Below are positions 1 through 8,870 of a DNA stretch of 64,000 nucleotides, in pieces. The notes under the pieces were generated by a model. The model ran no database searches. It was not told where the DNA came from and was given only the letters and a program-made list of their open reading frames with translations. This DNA comes from Lysobacterales bacterium (GTDB lineage Bacteria > Pseudomonadota > Gammaproteobacteria > Xanthomonadales > SZUA-5), in NCBI GenBank assembly GCA_022844165.1, contig JALHMH010000005.1, forward strand, positions 114,339 through 178,338. Direction: 5' to 3'. How positions within the stretch are numbered: the stretch's first letter is position 1; every line of letters begins with the position of its first letter. The position numbers were made by a program, and so were the translations under genes.

Positions 1-1
1 G

Positions 2-178
2 AACAAGGTCAATCCGCTCGGCGGCGCCATTGCACTGGGACATCCGCTCGGAGCCACAGGCGCAATTCGCACTGCAACCCTGGTCCACGGTCTGCGTCGA
101 CGTCAACAGAAGTACGGCATGGTCACCATGTGCATCGGCACCGGCATGGGCTTTGCTGGGATCATCGAGCGCGTTTGA
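2..178 (+). CDS. Acetyl-CoA C-acyltransferase (thiolase), 3' end only
   Basis: Manual translation gives NKVNPLGGAIALGHPLGATG...VTMCIGTGMG, the thiolase C-terminal GHP and CxG motifs; stop TGA at 176-178; truncated by the window start. Confidence 0.92.
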   Translation, partial: NKVNPLGGAIALGHPLGATGAIRTATLVHGLRRRQQKYGMVTMCIGTGMGFAGIIERV

Positions 179-196
179 TTCGCGATTGGGCGCTAT

Positions 197-367
197 TCAA
201 GCGGTAACGCGGCGGCCCGGATGAAAATCTCGGGCCGTCTTCTTTGCATTGCCAGAGTCCTCGACGGATCCGAAACTCGTCGGTAGACGGCGCCACGTTA
301 GAAGCTGGAAAGCACGCTGCGACCGATCTAGCAGGCAGTTGAGAAACAGCCTGCGGGCGCGAACCAT
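197..367 (-). CDS. Possible small basic hypothetical protein (56 aa)
   Basis: ATG at 367 preceded by AGGA; lies 38 bp downstream of the PilZ gene on the same strand; no recognisable motif. Confidence 0.25.
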   Translation of the reverse strand: MVRARRLFLNCLLDRSQRAFQLLTWRRLPTSFGSVEDSGNAKKTARDFHPGRRVTA

Positions 368-404
368 GGGTCCTGCACAGCAACCGGCGCGCGCCCGGCA
401 GCGG

Positions 405-752
405 TCAATCCTTCCAGATTTCCAGGCTATCGGCGTAACCGCCCAATAAATTCCATAACGGCGCCTCTTTTTCCGGCGGGATTTGGCTGAACGCGAATCC
501 GACGTGTTCTTCGGTGACGCGCATGACATGCGCTTCGACGTGAATATTCAGCTCATCGCCGAACAGCATATCGAGCACAAATCGGTCACCACGCGCTCCA
601 ATCCAATCGACCGGACGCACAACCATGACACCTGTAGCCGAAATATCCAGCAACTCGCTGGTCCAAGATTCATCGCCACGCATCATCAGCACAGCCGTAT
701 TGATCGGCATGCGGCGGTGGCGCTTCCCGACAGATGGATATCTCGACGTCAT
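405..752 (-). CDS. Stand-alone PilZ domain protein (c-di-GMP receptor-like)
   Basis: 115 aa; KRHRR switch and DISATG (D/NxSxxG) motif; beta-barrel pattern ending HVGFAF. Confidence 0.85.
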   Translation of the reverse strand: MTSRYPSVGKRHRRMPINTAVLMMRGDESWTSELLDISATGVMVVRPVDWIGARGDRFVLDMLFGDELNIHVEAHVMRVTEEHVGFAFSQIPPEKEAPLWNLLGGYADSLEIWKD

Positions 753-839
753 GCCAGCGCTTTACCCCGAAATTTCGTCTCCGCCCTGCAATGGGCGATC
801 CAATGATGACTGATTGTTGGGCGCGCTGGTAGCCGTCGC

Positions 840-2198
840 TCACAACAACAGAACAGTCGCCAGACCCAAAAAGGCCAGAAATCCGACAACATCGGTAATC
901 GTCGTTAACACAACGCCACCCGCCAATGCAGGATCGATCGCAAAACGCTTGAGCAGAAGTGGGATCAACACACCGGAGAACGCTGCGAAAAGAAGATTGA
1001 TGATGATCGCAGCGCCGATGACGCCCGCGATTTTCCAATCTCCGAACCACAACCAGGCGACAAGCGCGACAACGACTGCCCAGATGACGCCGTTGATTGC
1101 GCCGATCGCGACCTCACGCGTCAACAGATCGCGTGCGTTATTCCAACTGACCTGGCCCAACGCCAATCCCCGCACAATCATCGTCAACGTCTGCGTGCCT
1201 GCGATACCACCCATGCTGGCGACAATTGGCATCAACACCGCGAGAGCGACGATCTGCTCCAGCGTCGCTTCGAATCGACCAATCACCCATGCCGCCAGGA
1301 ACGCTGTCAGCAAATTGATGCCAAGCCACGTCGCCCGGCGCCGACTCGCCGCACTGATCGGCGCAAACATGTCTTCTTCTTCGTTCAGGCCGGCCATGGA
1401 CATCAAATCATGTTCGGCTCGCTCACGAACCAGATCCATCACGTCGTCGACCGTAATCCGACCGAGCAATCGGTAGTCCGCATCGACAACTGGTGCCGAC
1501 AAATAACGGTGATTTTCGAACTCCTCAGAGACACGATCCACGGACATGGTGGCCACAATAGCCGGATGGGTATCGTCTACGATTTCAGCGATGGCCTGGT
1601 CCGGGTCGCTGGTCACGAGCGCAGTTAACGCAACGCGGCCGATGTACCGACCGTTGCGATTGAGCACAAACATGTGATCGGTACCCTCCGGCAACTCCCC
1701 GCGCATACGTAGATAACGCAGCACGACATCCACCGTCACGTCGGCGCGGACGGTCACCACATCCGGATTCATCAGACGACCCGCTGAGTCGTCCGGGTAC
1801 GACAGAACTTCGTTCAGTCGATCTCGATTCTCACGGTCCATCCCGCGAAGCAGCTCATCAATGAGCTGTGCCGGCAAGTCGTCGACAAGGTCCGCCAGGT
1901 CGTCGATCTCGAGCGAGTTCAGGGCACTGATCAGCTCGGCATTGTCCATTTCTGCCAGCAGTCCGTCGCGGACCTCTTCGGCAACATGCACCAACACCTC
2001 GCCGTCGTCGTCCGGATCGACCAGATTCCAGACCACGCTGCGTTTTTCGCTTGGCAGCGACTCCAGCACGCGGGCGATTTCGCCGGGCGTCAAGGTGTCG
2101 AGCATGCGTTTGATCGGCGCCAATCGTCCCGTGGCGAGCGCCTCCGACAACGCACGTAACTGGCGCGTCTTCCGATCGTAGCGCTCGTTTTCGCTCAT
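840..2198 (-). CDS. mgtE: Magnesium transporter MgtE
   Basis: MgtE N-domain, CBS pair (YPDDSAGRLMN, GRITVDDV), TM region with MGGIAGTQ, DPALAGG and TTITDVVG; start set at MSENE behind a GGAG SD. Confidence 0.95.
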   Translation of the reverse strand: MSENERYDRKTRQLRALSEALATGRLAPIKRMLDTLTPGEIARVLESLPSEKRSVVWNLVDPDDDGEVLVHVAEEVRDGLLAEMDNAELISALNSLEIDDLADLVDDLPAQLIDELLRGMDRENRDRLNEVLSYPDDSAGRLMNPDVVTVRADVTVDVVLRYLRMRGELPEGTDHMFVLNRNGRYIGRVALTALVTSDPDQAIAEIVDDTHPAIVATMSVDRVSEEFENHRYLSAPVVDADYRLLGRITVDDVMDLVRERAEHDLMSMAGLNEEEDMFAPISAASRRRATWLGINLLTAFLAAWVIGRFEATLEQIVALAVLMPIVASMGGIAGTQTLTMIVRGLALGQVSWNNARDLLTREVAIGAINGVIWAVVVALVAWLWFGDWKIAGVIGAAIIINLLFAAFSGVLIPLLLKRFAIDPALAGGVVLTTITDVVGFLAFLGLATVLLL

Positions 2199-2291
2199 GC
2201 TCAACTCTCCGTTCTGGCGGGCGGCGCCATCGGAGAATACGCGGGCAAGATATGCAAACCGAGAAGCACGCGGCGTGCAGCGCAACGCGGT

Positions 2292-4541
2292 TCAGGTGCC
2301 TGCGGCTCGCAGCAGCACGTTCACCGATTTGTACGATGGCGTGAAGCTTTGTGGGTCATACGCATCGAGCGCAATCAAGACTGTGGCTTCGGGAAAGTAA
2401 GCGGCGCAACTTCCTCGGGCGATGGGATAAGGTACGGCGACGACACTTCGCAAAGCACGCGAGGGGTCCGCAGCAGCTACGACATCGACTCGACTACCTT
2501 CTGCCAATCCCAGATCCCGCAAATCCTCGGCATTAACGAACAGCACATCCCGCGTGGCTCGCACTCCGCGATAGCGGTCGTCGAAACCGTAGATGGTGGT
2601 GTTGTACTGGTCGTGCGAACGAATGGTCGTCAAACAAAGCTCGCCGCGGCCGCTTGTCGGCAAAACCGCGTCGGCCATGACCTTAAACTCTGCGCGACCG
2701 CTGGCGGTCAGCCAGCGACGCTCGCTCGCAGCATTCGGCAGATGAAAGCCGCCTGGCAGGCGCACACGTTCGTTGTAGCTTTCGAACCCCGGCACGCAGC
2801 GTTCAATGCGATCGCGAATCCGATCGTAATCCGCGACCAGGTCCCGCCAGGGGATGGTGCCGCTGGTCAATGTTGCAGCCGCGATTCCGGCAACGATCGC
2901 CGGCTCGGATCGTAAGTGCGGCGAACAGGGCATCTTCATGCCACGCGATGCATGCACCATCGACATCGAATCCTCTACGGTAACAAATTGAGGGCCGCTG
3001 GCCTGCATATCGAGATCGGTACGCCCAAGGCACGGCAAAATGAGCGCCTCGGCACCGAATGTCAGATGCGAACGATTGAGCTTGGTGTGAATCCCAACGC
3101 TGAGTTGAAGACGCGACAATGCTGCGGCCGTCGCCACTGGATCGGGCGCCGCCATCGCAAAGTTTCCGCCCAGGGAAATCAGTACGCGAATCTCATCGCG
3201 CGACATCGCAGCAATGGTCTCGACCACCGTGCCACCATGGCGCCGAGGCATAGGCACACCGAATTCGCGCTCAAGAGCGTCCAGGAATGCAGCAGGCGGC
3301 CGCTCATTGATACCGACAGTACGGTCGCCCTGGACATTGCTATGGCCGCGCACCGGGCAGATACCGCAGCCGGGCTTGCCGATCTGTCCGCGCAGCAGCA
3401 GCAAATTTGCGATCTGCTGTACAGTTGCGGTACCGTGCCGGTGCTGCGTGATGCCCATTCCGTACGCAATGATGCAACGCTCGGCGCGGACCAGGAGTCC
3501 AGCGATGCGATCGATCTCTGCAAACGTCAGTCCAGTGACTTCGATGATTCTGTCCCAGCCGATCGCTTCCAACTCCGAGAACAGGGCTTCGGAGCCGATC
3601 GTATGCTCGGCAATGAACGCGTGATCCAGCGCAGGCCAACCCTGGCGATCAAGCTCGATCAGGCGCTTCATCAGCCCTTGAAGAACCGCATAGTCGCTGC
3701 CGATGCGAGGTTGCAGGTAATCGCTGGCCAATGAGGTCTCGCCCGCCGCCAGCATCTCGGTAGCGTGCTGCGGCGAACGGAAGCGTTCCAGACCGCGTTC
3801 ACGCAGAGGATTAAACACGACAATCGACTTACCGCGCCGCGCAAGGGAGCGCAACGTACCCAGCATGCGTGGATGATTGCTCCCCGGATTGTGGCCGAAG
3901 CTTAACAGCAGATCGGTGCGATCGAAGTCATCGAGTGTGACCGTACCTTTGCCAACGCCAATCGACAGCGGCATGCCGATGCTTGTCGCCTCGTGGCAGA
4001 GATTGGAGCAGTCCGGCAGATTGTTCGTGCCGTAACAACGCACGAACAGCTGGTACAAAAAAGCAGCCTCATTGCTGGTTCGCCCGGAGGTGTAAAACGC
4101 GGCCTGCCAGGGAGACTCTAGATCTTGCAGGACACTGCCGATCTGGGCGAAGGCCGCGTCCCACGATATCGGCAGGTAGCGATCGCTGCTGCGGTCGTAG
4201 CGCATCGGCTGCGTCAGGCGGCCTTGCGCTTCCAGCCAATGATCGCTGTGTTCGCGCAACTCGCTGACGGTGAAGTCAGCGAACAACGCGGGATCCGCGG
4301 TTTTGGTGGTTGCCTCGAATGCAACAGCCTTGGCGCCGTTTTCGCAGAACTCGAACGAAGAGGTGTGCTTCGGATCCGGCCACGCGCACCCTGGGCAGTC
4401 GAATCCTTCGGGCTGATTGGCTTTAAGCAGGGTCCGCGCACCATCGATCGGCGCACCCTCGCGCTGGAGCGCACGCGCCACCGATCCAAGTGCATCCCAG
4501 CCGCCAGCAGGGCCGCGGTAAGCCTTGATCGAGTCGCTCAT
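2292..4541 (-). CDS. FdhF/YdeP family molybdopterin oxidoreductase
   Basis: GPAGGW, GFDCPGCAWPD, EFCENGAKA, YTSGRTSNE, PDCSNLCHE, RGHSNVQGDR and RSHDQYNTTIYG motifs. Confidence 0.92.
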   Translation of the reverse strand: MSDSIKAYRGPAGGWDALGSVARALQREGAPIDGARTLLKANQPEGFDCPGCAWPDPKHTSSFEFCENGAKAVAFEATTKTADPALFADFTVSELREHSDHWLEAQGRLTQPMRYDRSSDRYLPISWDAAFAQIGSVLQDLESPWQAAFYTSGRTSNEAAFLYQLFVRCYGTNNLPDCSNLCHEATSIGMPLSIGVGKGTVTLDDFDRTDLLLSFGHNPGSNHPRMLGTLRSLARRGKSIVVFNPLRERGLERFRSPQHATEMLAAGETSLASDYLQPRIGSDYAVLQGLMKRLIELDRQGWPALDHAFIAEHTIGSEALFSELEAIGWDRIIEVTGLTFAEIDRIAGLLVRAERCIIAYGMGITQHRHGTATVQQIANLLLLRGQIGKPGCGICPVRGHSNVQGDRTVGINERPPAAFLDALEREFGVPMPRRHGGTVVETIAAMSRDEIRVLISLGGNFAMAAPDPVATAAALSRLQLSVGIHTKLNRSHLTFGAEALILPCLGRTDLDMQASGPQFVTVEDSMSMVHASRGMKMPCSPHLRSEPAIVAGIAAATLTSGTIPWRDLVADYDRIRDRIERCVPGFESYNERVRLPGGFHLPNAASERRWLTASGRAEFKVMADAVLPTSGRGELCLTTIRSHDQYNTTIYGFDDRYRGVRATRDVLFVNAEDLRDLGLAEGSRVDVVAAADPSRALRSVVAVPYPIARGSCAAYFPEATVLIALDAYDPQSFTPSYKSVNVLLRAAGT

Positions 4542-4643
4542 GGCGGAACCCTTCATCCGACGGGAAACCTGGCAACTGTAGCATTCCGGCACCAGAACAC
4601 CGCAACTGTGCCACGCGTATCGCGACGGCAGTCAGGCGCATCG

Positions 4644-5303
4644 CTAACGCGAACCGAATAACGCCGATCCCACGCGAACCATCGTCGCACCGTGTTCGAT
4701 CGCCAGTTCGAAATCATCGCTCATGCCCATCGAAAGCGTGTCGACATCGAATCTGGCCCGGAGCTCGTCGAACAGACGCTTGAGCTTGCAAAAGCTCGCG
4801 ACGCGCAACTCACGTTCTGGCCACGGCGCCGGTATGGCCATCAGACCGCGCAAGCGTAATTGCGGCTGCGCAGCGATTTGGCGAGCGATCTCAAAAGCTG
4901 CCTCAGGCGAGCAACCCGACTTGCTGGCCTCAGCATCGATATTCACCTGGACCAGGAGGTTCAGCGGCGCCTGATGCGCCAGACGGTGACCGGCAAGTTT
5001 AGCCACGAGCGACATGCGATCGACCGATTGCAGCCAGTCGAAATGCTGCGCCACCTCTTTGCACTTGTTGCTTTGTAGCGGACCAATGAAATGCCACTCG
5101 GTATCGAGCGGTCTCCACAACACCATTTTCGCGAGCGCCTCCTGCGCATAATTCTCGCCGAAGACGCGCAGACCAGCAGCGTAAGCCGCCTGCAGTTTTT
5201 CGACAGGCTGCTTCTTGCTCACGCCGATCAACGTCACATCCTCGCCGCAACGTGCCGCTGCGATGCGCCTGCGCAAATCGGCCAACGACTTGCTCAAGTC
5301 CAC
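4644..5303 (-). CDS. yggS: PLP homeostasis protein YggS
   Basis: VSKKQ, FGENYAQE, WHFIGPLQSNK, LSMGMSDD and VRVGSALFG motifs; divergent from pilT as is usual. Confidence 0.95.
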   Translation of the reverse strand: MDLSKSLADLRRRIAAARCGEDVTLIGVSKKQPVEKLQAAYAAGLRVFGENYAQEALAKMVLWRPLDTEWHFIGPLQSNKCKEVAQHFDWLQSVDRMSLVAKLAGHRLAHQAPLNLLVQVNIDAEASKSGCSPEAAFEIARQIAAQPQLRLRGLMAIPAPWPERELRVASFCKLKRLFDELRARFDVDTLSMGMSDDFELAIEHGATMVRVGSALFGSR

Positions 5304-5372
5304 ACGTGCCTCTTCTCGCCGCCTACGGCTCCATGGCTATACTTCGGGCACCGCGCGTGCAAGGGGTGATCC

Positions 5373-6413
5373 ATGGACATTGCTGAACTGTTGGCCTTCA
5401 GCGTCAAGAATAAGGCTTCCGACTTGCATTTGTCGGCTGGATTGCCACCGATGATCCGTGTCGACGGCGATGTACGCCGGATCAACATCCCGGCGCTCGA
5501 TCACAAAGCCGTGCACGGTTTGGTGTACGACATCATGTCGGACAAACAACGCCGCGACTACGAAGAGTATCTGGAAGTCGACTTCTCGTTCGAAATCCCG
5601 GGACTCGCCAGGTTTCGTGTGAACGCCTTCAATCAGAACCGAGGCGCAGCGGCGGTGTTTCGAACCATTCCATCGGAGATCCTGTCGCTCGAAGATCTAG
5701 GCGCGCCCAAAGTGTTCAAGGAACTGATCGATGTTCCGCAAGGGCTGGTTCTGGTGACCGGACCGACCGGCTCCGGCAAATCCACAACGCTGGCGGCGAT
5801 GCTCGATCACATCAACAAAAACGAATATGCGCACATGCTTTCGGTGGAAGATCCGATCGAGTTTGTGCACACCTCGAATAAGTGTTTGATCAACCAGCGC
5901 GAGGTACATCGCGACACACACGGCTTCAACGAAGCGCTGCGATCGGCCTTGCGCGAAGACCCGGACTACATTCTCGTCGGCGAGTTGCGCGACCTGGAGA
6001 CGATCCGGCTGGCTTTGACCGCTGCAGAAACGGGCCACTTGGTATTCGGCACCCTGCATACCTCGTCGGCGGCCAAGACCATCGATCGAATCATTGACGT
6101 GTTCCCCGCTGGCGAAAAACCGATGGTGCGATCCATGCTGTCGGAATCGCTGCGTGCGGTCATCGCGCAATCCCTGCTGAAGAAAGTTGGCGGCGGCCGT
6201 ATCGCAGCGCACGAAATCATGGTGGGCATACCTGCGATTCGCAACCTGATCCGCGAAGACAAGGTCGCACAAATGTACTCGTCGATCCAGACCGGTGCCA
6301 ATTACGGCATGCAAACGCTGGATCAGTGTTTGCAGGATCTGGTCAAGCGCGGACTGGTGACCCGGCAGCAGGCAATGACGTACGCCAAGGACAAGCGCCT
6401 GTTCGAGGCCTGA
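5373..6413 (+). CDS. pilT: Type IV pilus retraction ATPase PilT
   Basis: Starts MDIAELLAFSVKNKASDLH; GPTGSGKST, EDPIEF, LREDPD and AIRNLIRE motifs. Confidence 0.97.
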   Translation: MDIAELLAFSVKNKASDLHLSAGLPPMIRVDGDVRRINIPALDHKAVHGLVYDIMSDKQRRDYEEYLEVDFSFEIPGLARFRVNAFNQNRGAAAVFRTIPSEILSLEDLGAPKVFKELIDVPQGLVLVTGPTGSGKSTTLAAMLDHINKNEYAHMLSVEDPIEFVHTSNKCLINQREVHRDTHGFNEALRSALREDPDYILVGELRDLETIRLALTAAETGHLVFGTLHTSSAAKTIDRIIDVFPAGEKPMVRSMLSESLRAVIAQSLLKKVGGGRIAAHEIMVGIPAIRNLIREDKVAQMYSSIQTGANYGMQTLDQCLQDLVKRGLVTRQQAMTYAKDKRLFEA

Positions 6414-6650
6414 TCACCGGCCATCAATTTCTGAAATGACTTCTCGAAGGTCGCCAGAGCACTCCTGGTGGGCGCTCCCAGGTCGAGGCTGCTCGGATCT
6501 GGTCCGAGCATCAGCACGCGTCTTTTGCGAAATTTGACCCGCAAGCGCGATGACGGCCCTGGAATGGAACGATTACTCCATCGACGCGGTAGCGCCAAAG
6601 CGCAAAAAAAGGAAGACTCCGGCAACGGAAATTTAACGCCAGGAGTTGCC

Positions 6651-8870
6651 ATGACCCGCAAACAACCGCTGACACTCGCCATCCTTGCCATTTTGGCGAT
6701 ACCGGCTTACGCGCAGGACGACAACGAAGCAGCTGTTCTCGACACCGTGCAAGTCACGGCGCAGCGGCGGGTCGAAGATGTACGGCAAGTACCGATTTCC
6801 ATCACTACTGTCGCCGACGAGAAGCTCGATGTACTGGGCTCCGGTGGCGAGGACATTCGGTTTCTGTCGGGCCGCTTGCCAAGCTTGATTATCGAGTCAT
6901 CCTTCGGACGTACCTTCCCACGCTTTTACGTGCGCGGGTTCGGCAATACAGACTTCGATATCAATGCCTCGCAACCGGTATCGCTGGTGTACGACGATAT
7001 CGTTCAGGAGAACCCGATTCTGAAGGGCTTTCCGATCTTTGACACGGCACAGGTCGAACTGTTGCGCGGTCCGCAAGGCACGCTGTTTGGACGCAACACG
7101 CCCGCGGGCGTGGTGAAGGTCGACTCAGTGCGTCCTTCGCAGGAATCGAGCGGCTACGGGCAAGTCTCTTATGGCCGCTATGGCACGGCAAATCTCGAAG
7201 GGGCCATTGGCGGTGGCTTCAACCACAGCACCTCGGGCCGCGTCAGCGTATCGTACCAGCGCCGGGACGATTGGGTGACCAACACGTTTGCGCCAGGCCC
7301 TGAAGACGAGCTTGAGTCGTATCGGGACTTTGCCGCACGTGGCCAGTTGTTGTTCGAGGGCGAAAATTTTCAAGCGCTGTTCACTGGACGAGCCCGAGCG
7401 CTGGATGGCTCCGCCCGCGTATTCCGCGCCAACGTCATCCGCCGCGGCAGCAACGATCTGGTTCCAGGTTTTCGTCGCGACGAGGTATCGCACGATGGCA
7501 TCAATGACCAGGAAGTCGACAATCTCGGTGGCAGTGCTCGATTGTCGTGGGATTTAGGCTCAACCACGCTGTATTCGATTACGGGCTACGAGACCGTTGA
7601 AAGCTACAGCCGCGGCGACATCGACGGCGGTTTTGGCGCGGTGTTTGCGCCTCCCTCCGGCCCGGGACTGATCCCGTTCACGGCCGAGTCTGCCGATGGA
7701 TTACCGGATCACTCTCAGTTCACGCAAGAGTTCCGCCTGGTCTCGAACGAGTGGGGTCAATTTGACTGGCAGATCGGCGCCTTCTGGTTTGATGAAGAGA
7801 TCGACATCGACAGCTTCAGTTACGATCCTCTGAACAACAACCGTGAAAACGGCTACGCACGCCAAACCCAGGAGAATCAGGCGTACGCACTGTTCGCTTC
7901 TGGCGAATATGAGGTCTCCGATGTTCTGACGCTCAGAGGCGGACTGCGCTACACCAAAGACGAAAAGGACTTCGTGGCCGAGCGCCTGGTGTCGCCACTG
8001 GCCTTTCTGGGCGTTGGCCCGCTCGCACCGGTGCGCGTCGATACCAGCGACGACGATGTCAGTTGGGATTTGAGCGCCGTGTACGCTCTGAACGACGCGA
8101 CAAATCTATTCGGCCGCGTCGCGCGGGGATTCCGAGCCCCTTCGATTCAGGGGCGCGTGTTGTTCGGTGATGTGGTCTCGGTCGCCGAATCAGAAACGGC
8201 GTTGTCCTTCGACGCCGGTATCAAGACCGATTTGTTCGATCGCCGTGCCCGACTTGGCCTCAGCGTATTCCGCACTGTGATCGACGACCAACAGCTCACG
8301 GCCGTTGGCGGCACCCAGAACTTCAACACCCTGGTCAACGCAGAAGAGACCGTGTTGCAGGGCCTGGAAATCGATCTCGAGGCTTATCTCTCCGATGCGC
8401 TGTTGATCACGCTCGGCGCCAGTTACAACGACACAGAAATCGACGACCGCACGCTGGCGATCGCCCCTTGCGGCGGGGGCTGCACCGTACTCGACCGCGC
8501 CGGCCCGGTGGCGGGCACAGTCCTGATCGACGGCAATCCCTTACCCAACGCACCGAAGGTCATCACCAACTTCACCGCCCGCTATGGCGTGCCGATGGGC
8601 GACGGTGAGTTCTTCGTGTACACGGACTGGGCGTATCGCTCGCAGATCAATTTCTTTTTGTACGAAGCCACCGAGTTTCGCGGGAAATCCCTGCTCGAAG
8701 GTGGCTTGCGAGTCGGCTACAACTGGAATTACGGCGCCTATGAGTTGGCGCTATTTGGCCGAAACATAACCGACGAAGAAGTTATCGTAGGCGGCATCGA
8801 TTTCAACAACCTGACTGGGTTTGTGAATGAGCCGCGTATTTTTGGCCTGGAGTTTAAGGCGAGCTTCTGA
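6651..8870 (+). CDS. TonB-dependent outer membrane receptor
   Basis: Signal peptide, TonB box DTVQVTAQRR, plug motif VELLRGPQGTLFGRNT, C-terminal Phe; AGGAG SD before the ATG at 6651. Confidence 0.93.
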   Translation: MTRKQPLTLAILAILAIPAYAQDDNEAAVLDTVQVTAQRRVEDVRQVPISITTVADEKLDVLGSGGEDIRFLSGRLPSLIIESSFGRTFPRFYVRGFGNTDFDINASQPVSLVYDDIVQENPILKGFPIFDTAQVELLRGPQGTLFGRNTPAGVVKVDSVRPSQESSGYGQVSYGRYGTANLEGAIGGGFNHSTSGRVSVSYQRRDDWVTNTFAPGPEDELESYRDFAARGQLLFEGENFQALFTGRARALDGSARVFRANVIRRGSNDLVPGFRRDEVSHDGINDQEVDNLGGSARLSWDLGSTTLYSITGYETVESYSRGDIDGGFGAVFAPPSGPGLIPFTAESADGLPDHSQFTQEFRLVSNEWGQFDWQIGAFWFDEEIDIDSFSYDPLNNNRENGYARQTQENQAYALFASGEYEVSDVLTLRGGLRYTKDEKDFVAERLVSPLAFLGVGPLAPVRVDTSDDDVSWDLSAVYALNDATNLFGRVARGFRAPSIQGRVLFGDVVSVAESETALSFDAGIKTDLFDRRARLGLSVFRTVIDDQQLTAVGGTQNFNTLVNAEETVLQGLEIDLEAYLSDALLITLGASYNDTEIDDRTLAIAPCGGGCTVLDRAGPVAGTVLIDGNPLPNAPKVITNFTARYGVPMGDGEFFVYTDWAYRSQINFFLYEATEFRGKSLLEGGLRVGYNWNYGAYELALFGRNITDEEVIVGGIDFNNLTGFVNEPRIFGLEFKASF

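Noticed and set aside
6414-6650. Riboswitch, Fur box or sigma54 promoter upstream of the TonB receptor
   Set aside because: Only a TGCTCGGA/TCCGAGCA hairpin and weak partial matches; no B12/TPP core, 19-bp Fur palindrome or GG-N10-GC motif could be supported
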